64,000 bases of DNA from Rhodosorus marinus CCMP1338 (taxonomy: Eukaryota > Plantae > Rhodophyta), in assembly GCA_029953675.1 (NCBI GenBank), contig JAMWBK010000002.1, positions 1,860,001 through 1,924,000 on the forward strand, in the 5' to 3' direction. Both the position numbers and the translations under genes were made by a program. Position 1 is the first letter of the stretch. Each line of letters begins with the position of its first letter. Below are positions 11,307 through 24,667 of this stretch, piece after piece. The notes beneath the pieces are model-generated. The model saw nothing but the letters and a program-made list of their open reading frames with translations. It did not search any database and was not told the DNA's origin.

Positions 11307-12596
11307 ATGGGAGCGAAGGATGAGGACAGTGAAAGCTTGGATACGCGATGGGCAGTGGATAGTAGCTTGTGGGTGCAACCAGATGCCAAGTTTGAAACTG
11401 ACCCTCTACGGAGGGTCGCTCCGCTTCATATGTGCTTTGTCTGTCTCGAGAGGGAATCTGATATAGTATTGGATCCTTGCGGGCATAAGATGTGTTCGAC
11501 ATGTGTGACGAATTTGCTCGTCCCAGGATGTCCGCAATGCCGTGTTAATATCGACGCTGTAAAATATCCAACTGAGAGCTTCATTAGATCCTTTCAAGCG
11601 ATCAGAGCTGAACAGCTTATTAGAGAAGAAAGGGTGAGGTCCCAGCTTAAGGACGGATGCGTAAAACGCAACTGGCACCCTGCGAGGTTCTGGTCTGATT
11701 TCTTGTCGTTCTTGTGTAAGGCTCTGGAAGCAACAGTCCAGGTACTTATTATTGGTGTCAGTAGTGTCGGGAAGAAAACTTTGATGAAGAAGATGCTGGA
11801 AGTTTTTCCTGTTTCGCCGTTGGAGAGGGATAAGTTCTACACCTACAGCGGAAAAACTGTAGGAAACTCTGACGCATTGGGAAAGTTTTCTCCCAACGCT
11901 TTGGTGAAGAACACGGCGGTATGAGATTAGCTCCCGCAGGGTGATGCGTGCTGCAATGTACGTACTCACGGAAAATGGTCTGAACCCCCCTCCTCTTCCC
12001 TTGACCGTCAGGTTCGATTCCGGTGCTTCACGCTTCCGCCTTACAACTTGGGCTCGGCGAACAAGCGTTTCATCCTCGAAACAATTGACGACATGCGACC
12101 AGACATTCTGGTGCTAGCGGCCTCTTGTCATAGAAGGGATACGCTGGTACATTGTTCACACTGGGATCGCCTCTTCCAGCAGAGGTTTTCGGACAGATTT
12201 CGAATATGGTGCTTGTTGAAGCACCCAGGACATGAGTTTCTAACTGAAACTGTTGAACAGAATGATGTGTATACAGCGCTCAATGGCACCGCAATAGAAA
12301 AGTATGTGTAATGGAGGGAATAGGCTCAATCATGTATCAGCAGGGCTCGTCATTGGTCTCACAGAATTCGTGTTTGTTGCTCGTGCATCTTCGTGCCGAA
12401 CAGCTATCCAAGGGGCATATTCGTTGCAAATCCAAAGGCGTTTTTGTTAGGGCGCTGGGGCGTAAAGCAGATCGCGTACGCGGCGGTCAAGTTCGGGCGA
12501 CGTGTGAAGAGAATGGAAAACCCGGTTGCGCCTCCGGGACAAACTGGGCTTGGCAGGTTCTTTAGGTGGATGGACAGAAGCGATTTAATAGTGTAG
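11307..12596 (+). CDS. RING-finger protein fused to a degenerate P-loop/small-GTPase-like domain, about 3 exons (11307-11918, 12012-about 12300, about 12344-12596)
   Basis: CFVCLERESDIVLDPCGHKMCSTC...CPQCR (C3HC4) is followed by VQVLIIGVSSVGKKTLMKKML. A phase-0 GTATGA..CAG intron joins ORF 11265-11924 to ORF 12048-12311. The last intron is uncertain. Confidence 0.7.
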
Positions 12597-13137
12597 ACTA
12601 GATTTCTTCGATCGGAAGCAGAATGAAATGATTCGCATTCTGCTGTGACTTGCGAATCTAAATTGGCAGGGGATGGATGGGTATGATTACTGTAGAGAAT
12701 GAATCAAATACACAGCAATGGATTTGATGGTAGACGGAAGGAACTTAAAAGAATTTCACCCGCCGCGTCCTTCCACTTAGCATTCAGTGTGCGTACGACC
12801 AAGCACCGTCCTCGCCTAGAGAGTCGACGCTGAGCCGCACCTCAGCCTCGGAAGAAAGGATTAAAAGATCCACGTTGTGAGAGGAATTCCTGTTTCGACA
12901 GGATGAGTTGCGATCTTTGGAGGGTGCGTTGAGTCCAATTAGCGGGGGAGGTCCCAGCTTCTGCTTCTGAAACGCGATTCAATCGCGATACCCCGACGAC
13001 GGCAGCTCTAAGTGCGGAGCAGTTGAGCCTGTCGGTATCCTGTACAGCTGTTTCGTTTAAGTTGCTATCTTTCAATAAAAATTGTTCAACGGTTGTAAAA
13101 GCTGAGGCACGTAGCAGGCAAATCCCAAGTACCACTG

Positions 13138-14360
13138 CTAAGATTCATAGAAGAGCTTGTACTGCTCTGCGTACGCCTCATATTCTTCGAGAGTCATTTT
13201 CGCGCTCTGGTCATTTGTAACCTGGGAAAGAGGAACCTTCTCCGATCCAATGGTAATCAAAGGCTCCTCCCCACCGTGCACAGCATCATCCTCCGGCTCG
13301 TTGCCAGGCTGCGTTGTACCCTCAGCAGCGGGCCCGCTCACCACATTGGCCATAGAGTGGTATAGCGTGGGCGCGGCGTCCACGTGAGAAGTATCTCTGT
13401 CCTCGTTTTCCTTGTCCTCCTCATCCTGCACAGCCGACTGAGGTTCGTCGAGAAACCATTTAGGCTGCTGGGGGGCACCTTTGTTCTCAATAGAATTGAG
13501 ATTGCCCGCCTCGTTGTCCTCGATTTCAATGACCAGATCCATGTCGTCCTCATTGTTTGTACGTCCATCCGCCCTAGTAGCACCACCGATGACATCCTTG
13601 GGCAGCATATTTTCTGTCTCTGGGGGCGGTTGAATAGGGATTTCTACCTCGTCGAGCTGGGCGATTTTTTCAAGTAGCGGGCGGAGCTCACTCTCAAACC
13701 TATCTTTCAGGTTCTCGAGCTGCGCCTTCCGGCCCGATACATCTTCCTCCTCCAGCACCCCTTGGCACAATTGCTTTCGATTTATAGGCCTCTTGCAGAG
13801 AAATGATCCGGTAGCGTAATCGAGCAAGTCAACAACTTCCAGCACGGGATACTCCGTTCCGCACCGAGGGCACCGATAGAGAAGTTGTGACGACTTTTCT
13901 TCTGCAACCTTGTCAGCGATTTGCTTCCGTATCTTGTGTACTTTGTACTTGACAATATCAATAAAGCTTCGATAGTCTACAAACCAGTACTCCGCCGTAA
14001 CTCTGCGAGTGCGAGTCGATGATTCCGAAACCGGAATCTGAAACTCACGCTTCTGGCTATGAACGAGATCAATCGCCTTCATCTGTTTCAATGCTGCGCG
14101 AACATCCTGCCTTGGAAGATGTAGCTTGAACACAACGGTATCATCGGTAACACTGCAAAAGGGTACGACCAGGAATTCCAGAGGGATGATTGACGTAAGC
14201 TACTTGGCTCAAAGAATAACACAACACAGATACGGAAGTGAAAGGGTCAACTCAACTAATTTTTTTCCCTCAGAATCGTGTCAGTGATGACAATGAAATT
14301 GTCCTGATAGAACGCTCTCATTGTCATTCTCACCGTATCCATGACAATTCTGTCTACCAT
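13138..14360 (-). CDS. GTF2E1: Transcription initiation factor IIE alpha subunit, 2 exons (14360-14257, 14152-13138), 372 aa
   Basis: N-terminus MVDRIVMDTVRMTMRAFY; YWFVDYRSFIDIVKYK; zinc ribbon YRCPRCGTEY...FLC; acidic C-terminus ending QMTLEEYEAY-like (KMTLEEYEAY). Confidence 0.92.
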
Positions 14361-16087
14361 AATTGCCGTTCGCGGGAGCAGCGCTCTAGCGCACACACAA
14401 AGTTCCTAAAGCCGCTCTCCAGCCTCTGCTCAACTTCAAGCTTTCTCCTTTGTCGCCTTTCCTTCAAAAAGCTGGAAGCTGAAGGGGTGTATCCCCAAGA
14501 TATCCAACCACCATCTTCCCCATCCGCAAGCGCTTGCAGCAGCTCTGCAATCTGTTGCTCATGGGGTGCAATCGCTTCGAAGTACGAGCACGCTGAGACT
14601 TCAATTTCGGGGTGCCTTTTGAATACATTCGGCACTGTGAAGTTCTAGAAGCTCTACTGCACGATAGAAAGTTTCGCTTTATCCGAGGAGTGCCCATTGA
14701 ACGATTTCCTAAATTTGCAATCAGAGGGGGATGATTGATCTTATCCCTACACGCGCGATTAGAAACTAGAAGCGAGGGGAGTTCTAGCCACGGATAGCCA
14801 ATCGATACACTCTAGCCCGCTTTGGAGACGATGTCAATGCACAAGTCAATTCAACAGGGAGGCGGACAAAAACAGAAAACACCGTACTAATCGACCGGAA
14901 ACCTCAACTTTGGCGTCGAGGAACACCTTTCTGCTTTGACAAAGCCTAAAAAAAAGCCATTAACGAACAGCAAACTTTGCGGTGCCGTTTCTTATCTTCG
15001 AACACGCGTACTCAAACAAACGATTCTTCCATCCTCACGCGATAGCAAGCCTCTGCTAAGACATGCATGGAAGGTCGACTGGGACAAACATACCGAGCTA
15101 AACCCCTGCATACAATCAAGAATAAAATGATTGATCTAGTCATTTTCAGTTGTATTGGCTAGAACACGCGTCAATACATAATTTGATTATTAGCAACTTG
15201 TTTTGCATAAAAACTAGGATTTGAAAATCGTTCACTTTCCCCCTTTTCGGGAAATTCGATGATTTTTTTTATTTTAGAGCCGGGATCGTTTCGAATGGAT
15301 TTGCAGATGGAGAGAGTGGCGCGGGGGAATAGGAAGGAGGTAAATGATTTGTACTGTTATAATGTCAAAGGGTCTAAAACTTAGCGAAAATGAAATTATA
15401 TTGAAAATTTTGTTAAAGCTGACACCCCCTTTCATGAAGGTTTTGAAACATGTACTCAATCAGAATCTGATGAGGTTGTCCGCTAAAAGCCAGCAGTAGG
15501 GGGTACAAATATTCCAACTGCATGAGGCATCATATGAACCTACCTGGTACTGCAAAGACAACTCCTTTTTTCCAGAAGGATCGATCCTCAATTATTGTTC
15601 CAAATAAAGAGGTATTTTCCGGCCACCTGAACGACCCTTAGGCCTAAGTCAAAACGCGAAACTGTTCTCTTGGAAAAATGAAGACCCCTAAGGCTCTGGT
15701 AGCTTATACCCGCTTTCCAATTCTAAATATAGCAGGCGGTTGAAGTGAAACAAATCACTAACAAGGTACCTTTTTTAATCTTTTAATCGATTAAAATCTC
15801 CGTCTGAGAAAAACTAAGGGCCGGGTTGCATTTTGCTGTCATGCGTGCTGTCAACTCATGCAGAAATGTAACAGGTGATGATTTATCGTAAAAACTTACA
15901 TCACTTGTTCAGGATTGGTGTGGAACATGGGCCTCCGCGAAGGACCTCGGTTTTCACGGTGCATTCAGAGGTTTTGAGATGGACATAAAAGCTTTGGGTT
16001 TCGTGAGATGGGTTCTGGTGAGGGTGGGGAGGGGGAAAGCCTAGTAGCAGTGAGGAAGGGGTTCTGAATTTTTTGAAAGAGTAGTAA

Positions 16088-17272
<1,185 letters not shown>

Positions 17273-17802
17273 TCGTCTCGTGTTGGTGCGAGAACGATTC
17301 AAATAAAGAACTTGGTTAAGCCTCAATCATCCGTGCAAGAAAGGCCCGTCTGTTTCTTACTGCTGAATTTCACGTCCATTCTACAGAGGACCTGACTTGC
17401 CGTTTATCAATGCTCCATTCCTGACTCAGCTCTTCAACTGCTTCAGAGGAAGACAGTCCTAACAACTTTGTTGTCCCCCGCCGCATCTATTCAGAGTACT
17501 TGTTCCAGCGGCTAAGCTCAGGATAAAATCTAGACGCCCAAAGCGGTCACTAAACTCTTCGTATTGCTTATAGCATTGCAGATACTCTCCCTCGAAGAAC
17601 AAAAATGGGATCTAGAAAAAATCCTCGTGTAAAGTATCTGTGAAAAAAGCCGTCTTTGTCGCTTTTTAGATGAGCTTCGGATTACATACTAAAACACAGT
17701 CAAAGACTAAGACAATAATATAATGCACTTCCACAACCAAAAACAAATGCAGAAAACAGTTAACAGGCGCCACTGATCACCCGCCATCGACTGGAGAACT
17801 CA

Positions 17803-20800
17803 CTACCCCGCACTGGGCGGGCCACTCTTCACTATGCTTCGCAAGCCATAAACGTACGGTCCGCGCACTCCACCTTGCTTGTGCCTATCCCACTCTCCTG
17901 TGACCTCGAGCTGAAGTATTTTGCTGAAGAAGTTCTTCATCTTATAAATTTTCACCTTCGACTGATCAAACTTGCACTCCTTGTGGTACTCGTCCTTCAT
18001 GGTGCACAGCCTCACATAGTCCTTCGAGGTCGTTCGATCCACGTTTTCAGTTAGCTCGTAATATTCAGCAATAAACCTCGCAAGCGAGTAGTATTCGTCG
18101 CTTCGATTCTCGGCAATGCTTCGTAAAATTGAATTCCTATCGGCCAAAGTCAGCTTGGACTTCATCTCGCCCATGTTTTTCGCCGGCGCCGCGGCAGCCT
18201 GAGAACGTGCTGTTTACGGGAGCCAAGGGTAATCCATCGACTTCAATCAGAACTCTGGATGATTTTTTGCGAGGTAGAACAAAACAGGGTCTCCCACTTT
18301 GAACTTACGAGAATTCTTCTCCACTTTGGCTCCTCGAGCTTCGTTCTTTGGTCGCTGACGCTTTCTTCGAGGTTCATTTCTGCTGCTGCTTCCGTAACCA
18401 GCAGAAAGTGCTTTTCCTGTGTCCTCCGTTGCAACTTGTCCCATCCCTCTTCGCTCATAACCCTGCCACGACGACTCTCTGACCGACGCGCTGGGGTATG
18501 CGCTATTGCTCGGGGCTGAGGAATTGGCCTGAGCGACGTTGACTGTCGAGACGCAGTTGGGGATAAGAACTTAATTAGGACAATCATTCTCACTTTTCTT
18601 TAACCGACTGTCCGCGACTAGCAGTACTTACCACCGGGAGGTACTATGATATCCGCAGTACTTGAAGTTCCACCTGCTTGCATCGGAAAGTGCGCAGCGT
18701 AGTTTGGAACAACGGGCGCTTTGGAAAACTGCATCGTCGTGTCCGAACCCCCGCCTGAGCTTACTCCAGCGTAAGGATTACGGTGGGAATGGTAGGTTGT
18801 GCCCGACCGTGGGCTTGAGCCCACCCTTCCCAAGGTCCTAAAGGACGATGCCATGCGGAATGACTGGGACAGGTCCGGTGGGGAGGGGTCATAATGCACC
18901 ATTTGCCACAGCGAAGGCAATAGTCCAATGTTGGTGTTCGTAATCTGCTCGTTTTGGACAGGAATATGCTCCAGTTCGTCTTCCGGCCAGTCTTGAGGAC
19001 GTTCAGCGACGGCAGTCATTTTTGCACTGCAGAGAAGTACACGAAACCGAGACTTTGTTAGTCTACTTTTCCAACTCGTCGTGGTGCATTCCAGCGGTAT
19101 GATACCTCGTGCACTGTATCGCTGACCATCTAATCTTCATCTGCCTAGCAGCCTCTCGAGTGCGCTGCCTTGCCGCTGCCGTCTCTATGATCGGCATCGG
19201 ATAAGTCTCACCAAGTTTGACCCCCGCGGGCTCAAGGACTTCCTTTGGCGCCTGCGAGGGATTGTGGATGTACTGGTTCGGTAAATCTCTGAGCTCCGGA
19301 ACCCATTGACGAATGAAGAATCTTCGAGCACAAAGAAAGCCGAAGACAAAGCGAATATTAGCCGCAACTCCCAAAAGTTTTACGTGCGATCCCCCGAGGA
19401 CAACCTACCCAGTGGGGTCCTGCTTCTGGCCGACACCTGTTGGGTTCACAAGGCAGTTAACGGGGAAAGAATCCAAGTTCGAACCAAAGGACCATTGCCA
19501 CCCAAGAGCGTTCGACGCAGCTTCTCCGTCAACGAGTAAGGCAGCAAACTCAGTCACCCCGACGTGCCAAGGCAGCAGTAAATATTTTGTAACAAAGCTA
19601 GCGAGGAGATATCTGTCGAAGACGAGTTCCGGGGAGTTAATCTCCCGAGCGTGTACGAGAAGAACGCAAATTATTCGTTGCTTCTCACCTGAGGCTGTTA
19701 TGAACCCAGCCAATTTTGCGCAGCTGTCGCATTGCTGCGTCTATGATTGGGTACCCCGTTTGACCCTCCCTCCACTTGGGCAGCGTCGAAAAATCATCCG
19801 ACCAAGGAAACACGGAGAACTCAGGAACGATTGGAGCAACTGCCATCTTTGGATGAGTATAGTACATGTGATGTGCGAAGTCCCGCATGCACAGATTCTT
19901 CAAAAACGCCCTCGAGGCATCCGAGAACGCCTTTTGGCGGGATTCTTTGTCTCCCTGGCGTGCTCGAGCGAGGTTGACCTTCGATGTCTGCTGACGAACG
20001 GCGTGGTAGACCTTTCGAGGGGATATCTCCCCAAATCGTAGGTACGGGGAGAGCTTGGAAGTTCCGTTAAGATCGCGCCGACATCGCGAATCGCCAAAAG
20101 TTGGAAAAGTTTCCGTGAGGAACCGATCTAGAACCTCAAGCGCTGCTGAGGAACCAGTTTTCCATGTCTCCCGTAGGTCAGCATCGCCGGACTTGTCGGC
20201 AATCAGTTGTAAACTTTCCAGATCAACCGATTCCAACTTGGTCTCAATTCGATTCAAATGCCTCGGGGCGGAAAGCGGTGGCGGTGGTGGGGGGAGCGCC
20301 ATCCAAGCCGCCACGTACGAGGGCAATGTTTGATACACTTCGCCATTTGCGTCCTTCAAGTCCCATGGCTCCACCAACAACTCCGACTTGAATGTCGACG
20401 AGGCCACGTTTTTCTTCTTCAGCTCCGCCTGTATCTTTTCACTTATCTGCACCAGCTCCGGCTCGTACACGCGATGCCAAAAGACTGTATCGGCTCCAGT
20501 TTCCTCAACAAGTCTATCAATCTCAGTCCCGTAGGTTTTACCTGTTCTTACAGTGAGCTCGAGGCCCAGATTAGCCAAGTCCTCCGCAAGGCTCTTTAGA
20601 GAATTGTGCAGCCACCTAATCGGAATAAAGCCACGAGTGTAAATTAGTTTTCGGAAGCGCCATCGACATGAGAAAGAACGGAGCACAGACTGCAGAGTCA
20701 GAGGAACGAGTCTGATCAACATCAAACGCACCATCTTCCTGCACGACCAAGAGACCACTCCGATGGCGACCATATGAACACCGGGACGACGGGTCCCCCA

Positions 20801-21531
20801 TGTCGAGAGGCGGCAAGCAGCGCTGGGTGATCGCTTATTCTCAGATCGTGCCCTCGAAACCACACAATTGCCGGACGCCTTTGCTCCTTTGGCTTCCTTC
20901 TCGGGTAGCCCTTTCTGGTTCGCTTCTGCGGAGCCGAACTGTCCATGATCACCTTTGTGATCCGGTTCCCGTTTCCTCGTGAGGTAGAAAGGCTTCGCGA
21001 ATGTGAAGCGACGTGGGCCAAGGCCGCAAGGCTTCCCTCATTCTGATCCGAGTAAGCTCCAGAAACAGAGTACCCAGCAGAGTGCAGCATGGAATATGTA
21101 TTCGAGTTGGAAGGCACCGTTGACTGCACACCCGAGTTCACATAAGCTCCTTGTTGAACTTGCGCACCGGAATACGCTTGCGACAGGTCTTGGCCATGCG
21201 ACAGAGAATGTGACTGTACCCGGGAGGCACCCTGGCTCTGGCAGAGAGAATGGGATCGGGAGACGGACTTTGACTGCGTTCTCGAAGCGCTGTGAGAGTT
21301 GGACCTCGAGTGAGTGTGGGCAACTCCTTCGGAGCACAGATTACAAACTCTTCGCCCTGTACATCCTCCACCAAGCTGTTGACGGTTCCTGTGAGCTTCC
21401 TCATCCTCACCACTCTTTCCCCCGCCGAAGAAAATGCCTTTTTCAACGCCAACTTCATTGCCACAGGAATGTGATCCTGTAGAGGCCTTTTCATATCCAA
21501 GCAAACGCTCACTTCCGTGCTTTAAAGCCAT
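17803..21531 (-). CDS. CRY: Plant-like cryptochrome/photolyase-family protein with long N- and C-terminal extensions, 7 exons (21531-20732, 20615-19689, 19612-19409, 19321-19127 or 19106, 19026-18632, 18542-18309, 18209-17803), about 1,050 aa
   Basis: PHR motifs IVWFRGHDLRISDHPAL, TSKLSPYLRFGEISPR, WREGQTGYPIIDAAMRQL, GWVHNSLR, LPW...DG..SNALGWQW, FIRQWVPEL. All six GT-AG introns are phase-compatible and together account for ORFs 20722, 19685, 19405, 19063, 18618, 18247 and 17803. Confidence 0.88.
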
Positions 21532-24500
21532 GGTCCTCGGCTATGTATATATATATAATGATACCGCAAGGTCCCAATTTTGTGGGCAACCTCGAGCATC
21601 AACCGCTGAAGTTCCGCTTCTCTATTTTCCGATCGGAAATCCACCTTACCCCTTAAACCACTACCAAACGATGGTATTCCTCCTGCAAATTGCTGCGAAA
21701 AATCACCCCATAACGCCCGTGCTTGTCGCACCAAAAGTCCACCGAAAAAAGCACTACACCTCGACTCTCCTCGACCTTTATGCAAATAAAGGGAGTCCAA
21801 TATCCCCCCACAAAAGAACCTCGACTACTCTCCTTCCTCTCTCGCTCGTCTAAACTATCCCAAAATCCACGGCCATCTACACCTCCCTCCCCATAACCTC
21901 CACTGCTCAATCTCTCCCCCCTCACAAACCCTCCAAAATCTCACTCACTTCCCAGAAAACAACCTCCAGAATCCAGAATCCACACCCTTCTCCAACACAA
22001 AAAGACCAATCCGAACTCTTCCAAAAACCCCGATCCCAGCTACCCTATCCTTTCCCAAGCTTCCACAAATCCCTTACCTCCTCCCTCATCCTCCCTCCCC
22101 TCCACACAAGACTCAAAAACAAAAACAACAAAAAGGATTCCTAACACCTCAAATACATCATCACAGCACTTATTTCACATATTCCCTCCCTTCCCTCCTT
22201 CTCCCCCACCCCCACCCACCCCCGCATATTGCCTTCCAAACCAACTCATCTCCATCTCCTCTTTCCTCCTGCCCAAAACCCTTTTCTAATTTTTCCCCCT
22301 TTGCCTGAGCCTGAACTTTACAATAATTTCAAAAAACATTATAAATATGAAGAAAATTCATTTGTATCAATAAACAATTCCAATCAAGTAGAGTTTGGAC
22401 AAATCAGGTGATTGATGTTCTCTCCGTTTTCCAATCAAGACTCACCAACATGCATTTCTAAAAATGAGAAATAAATATTCGAATTTATGAAGAATGGTAT
22501 GATTTTCGATAACCCCTTGCGCTGGTTCTCAAATATGGGAAACATTGGTTTTAACTTTCGAGTTTTTATTGTAATTTTGAGGCGTGCTGGTTTGTTGGGA
22601 ACTCTGACCCCCTGGGAAGAACTTTCAGTTACCACCTCCGGCGTTCCTGATTTTATTTATTTTTAGAACATTTTCGTTATAGATGCTTTTTTTTGATCGA
22701 CTGAAAGGGATGACAGATATATAGTAGATTCGGTGTGATGATCAGGAGAATATTCACATTCGAGATCAATTTAGACCGATCAGGATAGATATTTCATTCT
22801 CATAAATGTCCTCTTATGCCTTATTTTATTCACTTTCATGTTGATCGAGATCTTTTCCCGAACCGCCACCAGTTGCGCGTAAGGTACAAGCATCTAGGGC
22901 TTTCTAGTGTATGGCTATTGTTTTTCTAATATTTATGAGAATTATATTGAATAAATGGTTAATACACTGTATTTGTTGTTTGGAGGATCTTTGGATTCTG
23001 GGATGGAGGTCCTGATGAACCATAGCGGCAAGAAGGCAGCTAGGCCTTGCCTTGAGGAGACTGGAAGGCCATGGATGTATGCGCTGCTTACACGATCTCT
23101 CTGAGGCCCGCCTGGCAGTCTTGCGCTCGTTCCTAATGTGGATTTGATCCCCTCTCACTGTTTTAAGGAGCTTTTCTTTGGCGCGCCCCTCGCTGGACGA
23201 GTCAGGGGATGCGCGTCATGAGCGCACCCTATCCATCCCGTTTAGCAGCAATCTTTCCAGAACGTGCGTAGCCTTCATCTTCTCCGCACGCGATTCCAGG
23301 ACGTCCATGCTCAACCGAATAGAAACTCTCCCGATGCTCCTCTGCTAACATACACGCGGTATTCGGTTAACGAACAAAAAACCCGTACACTGAAGCCTTG
23401 GAGACATATCACCCCTCACGAAAAGAACGACCACCATCACCCCGCCGTTCCCATCGAGGGCATCTTTAGCAAACGCGCATGAGAAGCGCTAAACCTGCTA
23501 ACTGGAGCGGCTCGCAGGTCCAAAAGCCATCTCCAAAGGCACCAATCTAAACGCCGCCTCTCATGCAAAATATTTCCATTAATCAATACTATATTTCACC
23601 AATCAATACCTGCCAACACCATGGTGGCGTTTAGAAATTGAGAAATAATATCTCAAATACACCCGTTTGTGCGTTCTAATTTATAGATCTAAACGATAAA
23701 AATCAAACCGCCAATTATAGGCTCTCAGTTTATTGAGCTTTTGGGAGTCGATGGCTTGATGATTAACCACAGCTGGGCATTGCTGTGTGGTAGAGGTGAG
23801 CAGACATAGGTGGATGCGACAATGTTTAGGGATTGTTTTAGAATTAGGCAGAAGCTCTCTCTCAGTTTTTCCTTTTTTTTCTTGTGCGTCTGATCAAGAA
23901 GAGGTGGTAGGCTTGCCGGGATTGGTGAGTGATGATGGTGTGATGCAAGGTGAGAAGTGTGGTGAGCTTTCCGCTTTCGTTTCTTCCTGGAGTATTAACG
24001 GCTTTCTGGATGTGTGCTGGTTTGTCGACGCTTCACGTACTAGCGGCACTAGAGAATTGACTGCTAAACGGAGTCCGTTTTCCTTGTGGTAATATGAACC
24101 GCTTGTTCTTTCCCAATCGAGCGGACTGTTTCAATCAGTTCGGTCTTGTGAATCGTGAGCGTCCTGTACCCCTTCAAGTCCCATATGGGGCCTGCTTAAG
24201 GAGCATCATTGACAAGATATTGGATGATTTTCTCAAGTCTCCCTGAGGCCTACTCCTCACATCGTTGTCCACGGTGCCCCACGTTCGTGTTTTAAGTCGA
24301 TCCTTACTCTTTTTCTTCCATGCAGTATTGTCAGAGGAATTGTTTAGTCCGTATCAGTCACTTTCCTGAGCGTCAGGAAGGGTATTAATCACTATTTTCA
24401 TAGCAGCAAGTTATCCACGAAGCAGCAAGCGACGAGCCTTTCCCATCTGAGCCACTCGGCTGGCTCAATATACTAAAAGACTACAGCAAGTTTTTACCGA

Positions 24501-24667
24501 ATCCCGAGTTCTCGGGATCGACGGTTTTCACGCATCAGCAGCAATCCTTCGCACAATTACAGGTAACCCCAAAACCGGAAACGGAGGACTAACACATAGA
24601 GCAATCTTCAGACCACCGTTGTCAAGTTCATCAGCATTTTTCCAAAGTCAAGTAAAACTCTCTGCGG

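Noticed and set aside
12842-13135. 97-aa ORF directly after the TFIIE stop
   Set aside because: Non-ATG start, no motif, and it sits where the TFIIE 3' UTR is expected.
15421-15440. Short CACCCC(C)TTTCATG-like motif also seen near 34700 and 58228
   Set aside because: Too short and degenerate to support a repeat family without a genome-wide count.
17803-19019. ORFs 18618-19019, 18247-18444 and 17803-18174 as independent genes
   Set aside because: Each is bounded by phase-compatible splice sites that link it to the cryptochrome.
19409-19612. Apparent loss of the middle Trp of the cryptochrome triad
   Set aside because: Counting from the proximal Trp shows the triad residue is the LPW Trp 23 positions upstream, which is present.
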